Of a DNA stretch of 64,000 bases, positions 19,072-28,444 are shown one piece after another. The position numbers were made by a program, and so were the translations under genes. This DNA is from an uncultured Porticoccus sp. (lineage in GTDB: Bacteria; Pseudomonadota; Gammaproteobacteria; Pseudomonadales; Porticoccaceae). The stretch is taken from the NCBI GenBank assembly GCA_964395715.1, contig CAYNAU010000003.1:254847-318846 (forward strand), in the 5' to 3' direction. The stretch's first letter is position 1. Each line of letters opens with the position of its first letter. The notes under the pieces were generated by a model, which saw only the letters and a list, made by a program, of their open reading frames with translations, did not search any database and was not told where the DNA came from.

Positions 19072-22000
19072 TGACGTTGGAGCCAGTGATCAGAGCGGGA
19101 ATCTCTGCTGCGGGCAGGGCCTTACTGTAGTAGAAGCCCTGGTAGGCGTCACAGCCATGGCTGGTCAGGAAGTCCAGCTGTTCTCTGGTTTCCACACCCT
19201 CGGCAATGGTCTGGAGGCCAATATTGCGGCCGACAGTGATAATCGCGGAGCAGATCGCCGCATCTTCGGGGTTGCTGGCACATTCGCTGATAAATGCCCG
19301 GTCGATTTTCAGCACATCGATAGGGAAGCGCTTCAGGTAGCTCAGAGATGAATAGCCGGTACCAAAATCGTCGATTGACAGCTTGATGCCGGAGGCTTTA
19401 AGGGCTGCCATTGCCTCAATGCTCTCCTCGGTGTTACCGGTTAACACGCCTTCAGTGATCTCCAGTTCAAGCAGGGAGGTGGGAATGTGGTATTTGTGCG
19501 ATTGCGACTGAATGAAATCCACCAGGCCCGGCGTATGCAGGTGTCGCCCGGAAATGTTGACGGCCACCGGCAGCAGTTTCAGCCCCTGTTTTTTCCATTG
19601 GGCCAATTGTCTGAAAGCTTCTTCTACCACCCATTCGCCCACTTGCACGATCAGGCTGGAATCTTCAATCACGGGGATGAAATCTCCCGGTGGAATCAGG
19701 CCGTGTTCGGGGTGTTGCCAGCGCAACAGGGCTTCAAAGCCCAGAATATCGCTGCTTTCGCAGTCCACCTTGGGTTGGTATTGCAGGAATAACTGACGTT
19801 GCGAGATGGCGTTGGGCAGGGCAAATTCCATGCGGAACTGCTGGTGGGCGGTCTCTTCCATGTCTTCGGAAAAAATTCGGTAGGTATTTCGGCCACCCTG
19901 CTTGGCCTTGTACATGGCCATATCGGCATGCTGCAGAAGCTTGTCGCCATTGATCGCGCCGTTGGGGGACATGGCAATGCCGATGCTGGTGAGAACGGTC
20001 AGGGTATGGCCTGAGATCTCCATAGGCTGCGCGAGTTTTTTCAGGATGTCCTCGGCCCGCTTGGTGGCCGATTTCAGGCTGATATCCCCGGACATGACAA
20101 TCACAAATTCATCGCCGCCCCAGCGGCCGATCAGGTCCACACCGCGGATAAGCTTGCTGAGTCGCTGGGCCACCTGGTGCAGTAGATCATCCCCTGCCTT
20201 GTGGCCCAGGGTGTCGTTGATTTTCTTGAACTGGTCCAGATCAAGGAACATAAGAATGACTGCGCCGGGATTACTGCGATGGAACTGTATCCGCTTGTTC
20301 AGGTACTCCATAAAGTAATTGCGGTTGTACAGGCCAGTCAGTGAATCCTTGTAGGCCAACATGCGCAGTCTTTCCTGCAGTTTGATCTGCTGGGTGATAT
20401 CCCGGACATGCAGGGTGTATTCCTGTTGCGAATCGCCCATATCCGAGGTCTGGGTGATCACCACTTCGGCGGGAAAGGTTTCTCCATTGGCGCGGTTTAA
20501 CTCGGTGATATTGCGGCGTCTGAGCACTAGGCCATCGCCCAGTGTGAAGCCCTGTGACAGGCTTTCGAGTGCAATGTTACGCACATCTCCGGACATAAAC
20601 ATATTGAAGAAATTCTTGCCCTGCAGTTTGCGCTTGCCAATGCCAAAGCACTGTTCCGCTGCTGGGTTGAACTCCAGTATTTCAGCCCGCCCGTTAACAC
20701 TGACAATACAATCCATCGCCGCTTCGAGAATAGCCCCTTTGCGATATTCGCTCTGACGGAAGGCGTTAAAGGCTTCATCCCTTTGGCGTATTTCTTCGTT
20801 GACCTTCTCGATTACCCTGTTGTACTGGTGAGCGATCTGTCCTACTTCGGTGAAGGGTTCCTCTGGTACCTGCTCGGAAAATTCCGAACGCTGTTGGTGT
20901 TGCTGCATCGCAGAAAGCAGTTCGAATACTTCTGTACTCACACGGTGTTCCGCTACATTCAGTCCCCGCACCTCCATTTCCAGCGTGACCCGCAGTGGAC
21001 GAAAACGATTGATCAGGGTAAGTACGAGCAATGCGATAAAAAAGCTGTAGCAGCCGATGGCGACGATGCCCTCAACCTGGGCAACGAGTTGTTGCAGCCG
21101 CGTGAGGCCATTGTCTAGCAGCTCGGTTTTGCCAAACAGGGCGACCGCCAGAGTCCCCCAGATACCGGCAAAAAGATGGACCGGAATAACACCCACGGCA
21201 TCGTCAATTTTGAAATGGTCGAGCCAGTACTCACCCCAGTATACGACCAGGCCGCCAATGGCACCGATGATGGCAGCGGAAACAGGGCTGACAATGTGGC
21301 AGTTGGCGGTAATCGCTACCAGGCCGCCAAGGATACCGTTAATGATTTTCTGAACATCACAGTAACCCTCGCGGATAAAAACCATGGTGGTGGCAATAAT
21401 GCCGCCCCAGAACGCAGCCAGGCAGGTATGGAGCAGAATACCGGGGACGGCATCGGACCAGGCCAGGGTGCTGCCCCCGTTGAATCCGAACCACCCGAAC
21501 CATAGCAGCAGACACCCCAGTGTTGCGAGGGGGACATTGCTGCCGGGAATTCTCTGGTCGAGATCGTAACGACCGCTGCGTGGCCCGATGATGAGGATGG
21601 CGGCCAATGCCACCCATCCACCCACGGAATGAACCACAGTAGAGCCCGCAAAATCCACGAAGCCGGATAATTCCAGCCAGCCAGATGGCGAGCCTTCAAT
21701 GATTCCGCCCCAGGCCCAGTGGCCGACCACCGGGTAAACCAGCAAGGTGATGGTGATGGTTACAACCAGGTAACCAAAAAATGACATTCGTTCTGCCACC
21801 GCACCGGACACCAGCGTGGCTGCAGTACCGCAGAACATCATCTGAAACAGAAAAATGGCGATATTGTGGCCGCTGGCGCCTTCGCCAAAAAAGAAGCCGC
21901 TGGTGCCAAACCAGCCGCTGACAGAGCCGCCGAACATGATGGCATAGCCCACCGCCCAGAAGATGGTGCTGGAGACGACAAAATCAGCGATGTTTTTGGC

Positions 22001-22111
22001 GGCGACATTGATGCTGTTTTTGCTGCGAACAAGTCCGCTCTCCAGGCACAAAAATCCGGCCTGCATCATGAAAACCAGTAGTGCTGCGGATAAAATCCAG
22101 AAAGTATCCAA
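19061..22111 (-). CDS. Ammonium transporter (Amt) fused to PAS, GGDEF and EAL domains
   Basis: Amt motifs FQMMF, DFAGSTVVH, WFGFNGGS, PVH. PAS ending DITQ. RxxD I-site plus GGDEF. EAL and DDFGTGYSS. TTG start. Confidence 0.92.
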   Translation of the reverse strand: MDTFWILSAALLVFMMQAGFLCLESGLVRSKNSINVAAKNIADFVVSSTIFWAVGYAIMFGGSVSGWFGTSGFFFGEGASGHNIAIFLFQMMFCGTAATLVSGAVAERMSFFGYLVVTITITLLVYPVVGHWAWGGIIEGSPSGWLELSGFVDFAGSTVVHSVGGWVALAAILIIGPRSGRYDLDQRIPGSNVPLATLGCLLLWFGWFGFNGGSTLAWSDAVPGILLHTCLAAFWGGIIATTMVFIREGYCDVQKIINGILGGLVAITANCHIVSPVSAAIIGAIGGLVVYWGEYWLDHFKIDDAVGVIPVHLFAGIWGTLAVALFGKTELLDNGLTRLQQLVAQVEGIVAIGCYSFFIALLVLTLINRFRPLRVTLEMEVRGLNVAEHRVSTEVFELLSAMQQHQQRSEFSEQVPEEPFTEVGQIAHQYNRVIEKVNEEIRQRDEAFNAFRQSEYRKGAILEAAMDCIVSVNGRAEILEFNPAAEQCFGIGKRKLQGKNFFNMFMSGDVRNIALESLSQGFTLGDGLVLRRRNITELNRANGETFPAEVVITQTSDMGDSQQEYTLHVRDITQQIKLQERLRMLAYKDSLTGLYNRNYFMEYLNKRIQFHRSNPGAVILMFLDLDQFKKINDTLGHKAGDDLLHQVAQRLSKLIRGVDLIGRWGGDEFVIVMSGDISLKSATKRAEDILKKLAQPMEISGHTLTVLTSIGIAMSPNGAINGDKLLQHADMAMYKAKQGGRNTYRIFSEDMEETAHQQFRMEFALPNAISQRQLFLQYQPKVDCESSDILGFEALLRWQHPEHGLIPPGDFIPVIEDSSLIVQVGEWVVEEAFRQLAQWKKQGLKLLPVAVNISGRHLHTPGLVDFIQSQSHKYHIPTSLLELEITEGVLTGNTEESIEAMAALKASGIKLSIDDFGTGYSSLSYLKRFPIDVLKIDRAFISECASNPEDAAICSAIITVGRNIGLQTIAEGVETREQLDFLTSHGCDAYQGFYYSKALPAAEIPALITGSNVINF

Positions 22112-22276
22112 TCGATTACCTGGTAACTGCTAAGGACATATGGCTCTCGTTGTTATCGGCAGATAACAGCGTTCCTGAAGATAAAAACATGCAAAAACAG
22201 TGCACAAAGTGCACTGTTTGGGAGGGATGGTGGGTTATATGGGGCTGATAGGACTATCAGCCTGGAGCCAGCGGCC

Positions 22277-22759
22277 CTAGTAGGCGCCGTTGGTTAGATA
22301 GAATACGTCCAGAATAGTGCGTGTCGCATCCATAATGCGCACGATGCGGTCATCAATCCGGCGGATCGATGTGCCATCAATGTCCCGGGGCAGTCGTCTC
22401 AGGATGTCGTCGGGTAGGTTCCGGCTATGGTAATAGACATCGGCATCCAGCACTTCACCCCTGGCAACCTTTTGCTGCCAGCCCGGTGGTAATTCTCCTC
22501 CGCGCTCCAGTTTCATACGCAGGCCGGGGGGCAGTTTTTTTGTTTTTCCCTGTTTGTGAACCTCGTGGTCGTCGTTGTAGCCGTCTCTCAGGTAATCACC
22601 AAACAGCCTTTTTTCTGCTTCATTGAACAGCACGGCGCCCACGACCTCGGCAGCGATCTCCGCAGCCTGTTGCTCAGCGTGGGTTGACGCCGAGGGAAGC
22701 AGGCAGGTACTTGCCAATAGCAGTAGGTATGATAGAAGCGTTTTTGGTTTCCTGATCAT
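22277..22759 (-). CDS. Secreted RcnB-like protein (LPPG repeats)
   Basis: Signal peptide; KKLPPGLRMKLERGGELPPGWQQKVARG. SD AAGGAG before ATG 22759. The RcnB assignment is from motif resemblance only. Confidence 0.6.
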   Translation of the reverse strand: MIRKPKTLLSYLLLLASTCLLPSASTHAEQQAAEIAAEVVGAVLFNEAEKRLFGDYLRDGYNDDHEVHKQGKTKKLPPGLRMKLERGGELPPGWQQKVARGEVLDADVYYHSRNLPDDILRRLPRDIDGTSIRRIDDRIVRIMDATRTILDVFYLTNGAY

Positions 22760-22789
22760 TATTGTCTCCTTGTATGGCAACTGGGTTTT

Positions 22790-23728
22790 TCAGGCCTGTT
22801 TCGCCGGGTTGCCCGGATGCTCCCCAATTGGGTTGACCTCAATAGTAAGGTGCTCCAGCTCGTCAAAGTCGGCCAGAACCTGCTTGTAATACTCTGCATC
22901 CCGGGGATGCGTGCTGGCAATACTAATGATAGCGGCAAAGTGATGTTCGCTGACCCGCCAGATATGCAGATCTGTGACATGATTCTCGCCGTCTTTTTCA
23001 ATCGCTTCCCGAATTGCTTCCTGTTGGTTCAGGGGTAGGCTGCCGTCCAGAAGAATGGGCCCTGATTGTCTGATCAGCCCCCATGACCAGCGGGAAATAA
23101 TAATTGCGCCCACCACGCCCATCAGCGGGTCAAGCCAGAGTAATCCCAGGTATTTGCCAGACAATAGGGCGGCTATGGCCAGTACCGAGGTGAGCGCATC
23201 GGCCAGCACATGCATATAGGCGGCATAGAGGTTGTGGTCGTGATGGTGTCCGTGGTGAGCATGTTCGTGACCGTGATGATCCTTCAGGATCAGGGCACTC
23301 AACAGATTGATGAGCAGGCCAAGGGCCGCAACGCTGATGGCGGCATTAAACTGGATTGCCTGGGGTGTGACGAGTCGCTGTACGGATTCGATAAGCATCA
23401 TCAATGCCACAGTGGCTAGAGCGACTGCACTGGCAAATCCACCCAGCACCCCCACTTTTCCCGTGCCAAAACTGTACGCGGGGTTGTTGTTATGTTTGCG
23501 GGCGTAGCGATAGGCGAAGATAGTGATCATGAAGGCGGCAACATGTGTGCCCATATGCCAGCCATCGGCCAGTAGGGCCATGGAACCAAATAGGGTGCCG
23601 GCGGTGATTTCCGCCACCATGGTAATGGCCGTGAGGATCAGTACATAGCGAGTCCGTTGTTCACCCTTGCGATTGATGTGGTGAAAATCGTGGTGATGTT
23701 GCCATTGATTCAAAAGCTGTTCGCGCAT
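22790..23728 (-). CDS. dmeF: CDF-family Co(II)/Ni(II) efflux transporter (DmeF-like)
   Basis: SMALLADGWHMGTH, His-rich loop HHGHEHAHHGHHHDHN, AYMHVLADALTS, DLHIW. Confidence 0.85.
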   Translation of the reverse strand: MREQLLNQWQHHHDFHHINRKGEQRTRYVLILTAITMVAEITAGTLFGSMALLADGWHMGTHVAAFMITIFAYRYARKHNNNPAYSFGTGKVGVLGGFASAVALATVALMMLIESVQRLVTPQAIQFNAAISVAALGLLINLLSALILKDHHGHEHAHHGHHHDHNLYAAYMHVLADALTSVLAIAALLSGKYLGLLWLDPLMGVVGAIIISRWSWGLIRQSGPILLDGSLPLNQQEAIREAIEKDGENHVTDLHIWRVSEHHFAAIISIASTHPRDAEYYKQVLADFDELEHLTIEVNPIGEHPGNPAKQA

Positions 23729-23785
23729 GGATAGATTTGGCCCTGGTCAGGTTTTAAATAACGCCGGTATGGGAACGGGTTGCAA

Positions 23786-24343
23786 TTACAGCGAGCGGGT
23801 GAGGCTGATGGCGCCGCGTATTTCGCCGAGACGATAACCGGTTGCCCGATCATTGGGATAATAGCTGTCCAGCACCTGTTTAATATTGGGCGCGACGGCT
23901 TCGCCGTGGCAGGTCAGGCAGAGTGGTCCGACGCCCTGTGCTTTCATATAGCGGAACTCGTTGTCTGTCTGGGTTGTGGCCGTTAGCGTCTCCACCGGTT
24001 CTCCATTAGCTCGGCGTTCGTCAAATTGTTCCAGAATGGCTTCTTCCCAGCTGTCAGGTATCGCCGTTGATCTGTTCCTGGCTTTCAGACTGACCCGCTT
24101 CACCCGCCAGCCGCTGCGGTGACTCAGTTGCCTGGCGATTTCAGGCGCAACGCTGGCGCAGACTTTGACGGCCGCAACAGGGCCACCCTGTTGCATGGCC
24201 TCCAATAATTGGGGCTTGAGAGAGCCTGCAAACTCCTGGGCAAGGTGCTCTGCTTCCTGCTCCAGCAGGGCAAATGGGTCGCCGCCACACCAGCCAGACG
24301 TTGATGCCAGAATGCTGACGATCATCAGAATAACCTGTTTCAT
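23786..24343 (-). CDS. DUF3365 (Tll0287-like) periplasmic c-type heme protein
   Basis: Signal peptide, RVSLKARN...PDSWE, CLTCH heme motif, YPNDRATGYRLGEIRGAIS. Confidence 0.85.
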   Translation of the reverse strand: MKQVILMIVSILASTSGWCGGDPFALLEQEAEHLAQEFAGSLKPQLLEAMQQGGPVAAVKVCASVAPEIARQLSHRSGWRVKRVSLKARNRSTAIPDSWEEAILEQFDERRANGEPVETLTATTQTDNEFRYMKAQGVGPLCLTCHGEAVAPNIKQVLDSYYPNDRATGYRLGEIRGAISLTRSL

Positions 24344-24422
24344 TGCTGCTCCCCTGAAAACCGGTGCTCAGTGTAGCAGGGATAGAATCTGCTGTTCCCG
24401 GTAGAGAGACTGTTGGCCACCA

Positions 24423-25256
24423 TCAATTTTGAGCCAGGCGAAAAAAGGCGATGGCATTTTGCGTGGTCTGGCAGGCGACCTGTTGTTCAGACTGCCCCTT
24501 GCACTGGGCGACCATCTGTAGAACCCAGGGTAGAAATGCCGGTTCATTGCGGCGGGACTTTGGTTTTTGCGTCATGGTTCTGGGTAGCAGATAGGGGGCA
24601 TCGGTTTCCAGAAGCAGGCGCTGGTCGGGAATGCTGGTGACCAGGCTTTGTAACGGCAGACCGCGGCGCTCGTCGCAGATCCAGCCGGTAATCCCGATAT
24701 GTAAATCCAGGTCGAGGTAGTTGAAAAGCGCCGTTTTGTCCCCGGTAAAGCAGTGAATGACTCCATCAGTTATGTGATCCCGGTATTGCCTGAGGATTTC
24801 AAATTGCCGCTGATGAGCGTCTCTTTCATGCATGAACAGGGGGAGCGATAATTCAGCGGCCAGTTCCAGCTGGGCCTCAAAGGCTTTCTCCTGGTCTTTG
24901 GGAGAAGAGAAGTTACGGTTGAAGTCCAGGCCGGTTTCGCCAATAGCGACCACGTGCGGCGCCTGAGCAATGCTTCTGAGCTGGGATGTGGTGGTCCCGG
25001 CGACAAATGTCTTTGCATCATGGGGATGAACGCCACAGGTGCTATACAGCATGCCCGGGAAGTCCTGGGCAAAGTCTTCACAAATGACTGCCGCCTGTTC
25101 ACTTTCACGAACAGAAGTGCCGGTGATCACTAGCTGGCGGACGTTGGCCTGTTGTGCGCGTCGAAGAATCTCCGGCAACTGATCACTGAAGGCAGTATTG
25201 CTAAGATTGACCCCGATATCGACCAGCGGGTCTGCACTGACCAGAAGCTCTGTCAT
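24423..25256 (-). CDS. tatD: TatD-family 3'-5' exonuclease/DNase
   Basis: DIGVNL, GVHPH, IGETGLDFNR, MHERDA, HCFTG, LLLETDAPYL. Confidence 0.92.
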   Translation of the reverse strand: MTELLVSADPLVDIGVNLSNTAFSDQLPEILRRAQQANVRQLVITGTSVRESEQAAVICEDFAQDFPGMLYSTCGVHPHDAKTFVAGTTTSQLRSIAQAPHVVAIGETGLDFNRNFSSPKDQEKAFEAQLELAAELSLPLFMHERDAHQRQFEILRQYRDHITDGVIHCFTGDKTALFNYLDLDLHIGITGWICDERRGLPLQSLVTSIPDQRLLLETDAPYLLPRTMTQKPKSRRNEPAFLPWVLQMVAQCKGQSEQQVACQTTQNAIAFFRLAQN

Positions 25257-27223
25257 AACTGACGTTGTTTTTCCTGCAGGGAGAGAATCCGGTCATCACT
25301 ATCCAGGTGGTGGGCGTAGACCATGGAAAAGGCCAGTACGTTCTGCACGTAATTACGTGTTTCCCGGAAGGGAATGGTTTCAATCCAGGCGTCAAAGGGC
25401 AGCTTGCCCTGGGTGTCTTCCAGCCAGCGTGTCACCCTGTGCGGACCAGCGTTGTAGGCGGCGGTAGCGAGAATGCGATTGTTGTCAAAGCGGTCGAGCA
25501 TTTCGCGGTAATAGCGACTGCCCAGGGTAATGTTGATTTCGGGTTCAAGCAGGTCCCGGGTGCCGCGGTAGCGAATACTGTTTTTGCGGGCGGTCTGCTT
25601 GGCCGTGGCGGGCATCAGTTGCATCAGTCCCCTGGCGCCGGCGGGTGACTGGGCGTCTTGAGCCAGTGCGCTTTCCTGACGGGCAACGGCAAATAACAGG
25701 TGAACCGGAACGCCCGTGGCTTTGGCATGGTTGTTGAAGACGTCCCGGAAGGCCAGAGGGAAACGCAGGTTGATGTCGTCCCAGAATCCGGCGTTGATGA
25801 GGCTGGTGATGGCGCCATTGTGCCACTGCCATTGGCTGGCTATGTGGGCTGCGGTAATCCATTGCTGTTGGTTGAAGTCGCGGCTGGTGTGATACCACTC
25901 ACGGCGTGCCGAAATGTAGTCTTCATGGAAGATCAGTTCTCTGGTTCTCTGCAAACCGGGTAGCTGGCTCAGTCTCTCCATGTCTTCAGTGGTTACCGGG
26001 GATTGCCGAAATGCCATTTCGTAATCGGTGCCGAGCCACTCACTGGCCATGAAACCGTAGAAGCTGCGTCCGCGGGATAGCACCTGATAGGCAGACTCAT
26101 TGTCTGTTGAATGGCTGTCGCCCTGGGCGAGTTCACTACTGCGGGCTCGCCAGTAAAGCCAGCGATCTTCTTCCTTGAGTGACTCCGGCATTCGCGTAAT
26201 CCACTCGTGGAGTTGTTGCCAGTCGGATTCACGCATGGCTTTTCTGGCGCGCCATTCAAGTAATTCCGGTTCTACAAGGCTGAGGTTTTCCAGCAGGTAG
26301 CCGTCGGCGACATCTTCGTGTTCCTGTGAATACAGTCCCTTCACCAGGTCGGAAATGACCTGGGTTTTTTGCTCATCGGTAAAAGGATGGATCTGCTGGT
26401 AACGATTCCAGTGTTTCAGGGCGATGACGGCATCTTGACGCGCCAAGTGGGTGAGGCCGTGGATGACGATGGCGTGTATTTCTTCATTCTCCAGAGATTT
26501 TCCCTGGTGCTGGAATAATTGATAGTTGCCAATGGTTTTGGGGTCTCTATCGACTTGGTAAAAATTGCGGGCCAGCTGTTGAAACTTGTCAGAAATAAAG
26601 AAACGCTGCAGGTAGCGGGCGAGCTGGTACTGGTGGTTCAGTACGGCGGCAGTGTAGCGCTGCCAGGCTATTTCCTCGGTTATCTGATTGTTTTTGATCA
26701 ACAGTTCGAACAGCCGGTCACAGCCTTTTGGCTGGGACTTGCCGACATTCCACAACTGTATGGCCTCGGCAATGGCGTCATCTCCGCCATCTCCGCGAAT
26801 GCGTGTCAGTTGGTAATAGCATTGTTGCGCTGTCGTCGCAGATTCCGGTTGGTAGTATTTAAGAAATGCTTCCGGCCTGTTTCCAGAGCGCAAGGTTTCC
26901 AGCCAGCGGTAGCGCAGTCGCTTGGCCAGGGAGCTGCCTTCATACCGGGTGAGAAAATCATCGACCTCGCTGTTCCTGGCCTGGCGCAGGCGATCACTTA
27001 ACCAAAGATATTCCAGGTAGGGTGCCAACGGATAATCCCCGATATTGGCGATGATCCTGCGGGTCTCGCTCGCATCGTGCTTGGCGATGGCAATTTTCCC
27101 CGCCCGATAAAGAGCGCGCTGTTCGTCCAGGGAAAGTGTTTTCGCGACACTGATATGGCTGACAAGGCAAAACAAAAGGGTGATAGAAAGCGATAAGGCC
27201 TTTTTACCCGGGTGACAATCCAT
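25253..27223 (-). CDS. slt: Soluble lytic murein transglycosylase (Slt70-like)
   Basis: Superhelical N-domain; catalytic ARQESA, GLMQLMP, AYNAGP, ETRNYV. Confidence 0.92.
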   Translation of the reverse strand: MDCHPGKKALSLSITLLFCLVSHISVAKTLSLDEQRALYRAGKIAIAKHDASETRRIIANIGDYPLAPYLEYLWLSDRLRQARNSEVDDFLTRYEGSSLAKRLRYRWLETLRSGNRPEAFLKYYQPESATTAQQCYYQLTRIRGDGGDDAIAEAIQLWNVGKSQPKGCDRLFELLIKNNQITEEIAWQRYTAAVLNHQYQLARYLQRFFISDKFQQLARNFYQVDRDPKTIGNYQLFQHQGKSLENEEIHAIVIHGLTHLARQDAVIALKHWNRYQQIHPFTDEQKTQVISDLVKGLYSQEHEDVADGYLLENLSLVEPELLEWRARKAMRESDWQQLHEWITRMPESLKEEDRWLYWRARSSELAQGDSHSTDNESAYQVLSRGRSFYGFMASEWLGTDYEMAFRQSPVTTEDMERLSQLPGLQRTRELIFHEDYISARREWYHTSRDFNQQQWITAAHIASQWQWHNGAITSLINAGFWDDINLRFPLAFRDVFNNHAKATGVPVHLLFAVARQESALAQDAQSPAGARGLMQLMPATAKQTARKNSIRYRGTRDLLEPEINITLGSRYYREMLDRFDNNRILATAAYNAGPHRVTRWLEDTQGKLPFDAWIETIPFRETRNYVQNVLAFSMVYAHHLDSDDRILSLQEKQRQL

Positions 27224-27320
27224 GGGATGCTGGGGGTCCGTTTAAATGTGGTAAAGGGTTGCGTTGGCGTATGTTAGATCAGATCAGCGAAGCTTGAACA
27301 GGGCTCCACTTTGGCGGTAT

Positions 27321-27749
27321 TCAGACCCTGACAGCCAGCACATCACATTGAGAACCGTGCAGAACCCCCGTGGCTGTAGAGCCGAGAATCAAACTGAGAC
27401 CATGGCGACCGTGACTGCCAACCACAATCAGGTCGATATTATTTTCTTCAGCAAAGTGATGCATCTCGTGGGAGGGCTGACCGATAATTACATGCTGACG
27501 TTCATGCGGCACCCCCAATTCCAAACCCAGTGCAGCAAGTCGCTCCTTGGCCTGTTCTTCCAGTTGGCTTTGAACTTCGGTGAGGTCCATTGGAATGTCA
27601 CCGCCGTAGGCGAATGATAACGGTTCCTGAACATGGATCAGAGACAGCAGGGTATCACTCCCTGAAAACAGGGACTTGACGCGGTCAACGACTTGCTGTG
27701 ATTCTGGCTGCAGATCCAGGCCGACCAGGACGTGTTTGTAGGCGGACAT
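27321..27749 (-). CDS. Universal stress protein (UspA family)
   Basis: YKHVLVGLDL, DLIVVGSHGRHGL..LGSTA.GVLH...CDVLAVR. Confidence 0.92.
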   Translation of the reverse strand: MSAYKHVLVGLDLQPESQQVVDRVKSLFSGSDTLLSLIHVQEPLSFAYGGDIPMDLTEVQSQLEEQAKERLAALGLELGVPHERQHVIIGQPSHEMHHFAEENNIDLIVVGSHGRHGLSLILGSTATGVLHGSQCDVLAVRV

Positions 27750-27803
27750 AAGGCGACTCCAATTGCCACATAATCATCAAAGATATAAAAGTTGTAGCAG
27801 ACA

Positions 27804-28322
27804 ATGACCTATTTGTTAATAGTGCTGGTCATGGCCATCATTGTATCCCCCATGTTGTGGTTGCGACAGACGCCCCGACAAAAGCTGATAACTGCCATGC
27901 GCCAGACGGCAGCACGAGAGGGATTTCACATCAGGCTGGTAAATCCGCCCGACGCAAGGGAAGGCGAGGGGCATCTTGAATATGTCAGTTACACCTTGCC
28001 ATGGCGTGGCAAAGCGCCACAGGAACCCCTGCCGCGGATGGAAAAATGGCTGCTGGTATTTGAGACGAGGCGTGGCGATCCGTCTCCCTGGGCAAATTGG
28101 CAGTGGCTTGGCCGTGAGGCTAATCCCGTCCTTAATGATGCAATCGGTGAAGTGATCGGGTGTCTGCCGCCTTCAGTAAAAGGGCTGGAGGCCAGTGCTG
28201 CCGGGCTTTCCATCTACTGGCAGGAGCGTGGCGAGGAGTCGGATGTGGCCGTAATGGGCGCGCAATTAATAGCGCTGATGAACGTCATTCGCGTCGGATC
28301 CACAGAAGGTGAAAAGGAATAA
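27804..28322 (+). CDS. Conserved hypothetical protein with N-terminal membrane anchor
   Basis: N-terminal TM (SPMLWLR) followed by a soluble domain; fills the gap between usp and topA. Confidence 0.7.
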   Translation: MTYLLIVLVMAIIVSPMLWLRQTPRQKLITAMRQTAAREGFHIRLVNPPDAREGEGHLEYVSYTLPWRGKAPQEPLPRMEKWLLVFETRRGDPSPWANWQWLGREANPVLNDAIGEVIGCLPPSVKGLEASAAGLSIYWQERGEESDVAVMGAQLIALMNVIRVGSTEGEKE

Positions 28323-28444
28323 ATTGAAGAATTTCCTTGACCGACCCACTGTCCGCGCATGTATATTCGCCCCCTCAGAAAGCTGTGCTTGCCCCTAAAC
28401 TGGCAGGTACATTCAGTCAAATTCAGTGAGTTTTTAATAGTTTC

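Noticed and set aside
22191-22213. Possible NtrC site upstream of the Amt fusion
   Set aside because: TGCA half-sites are spaced N5 or N7, not the N9 required for TGCACCA-N3-TGGTGCA.
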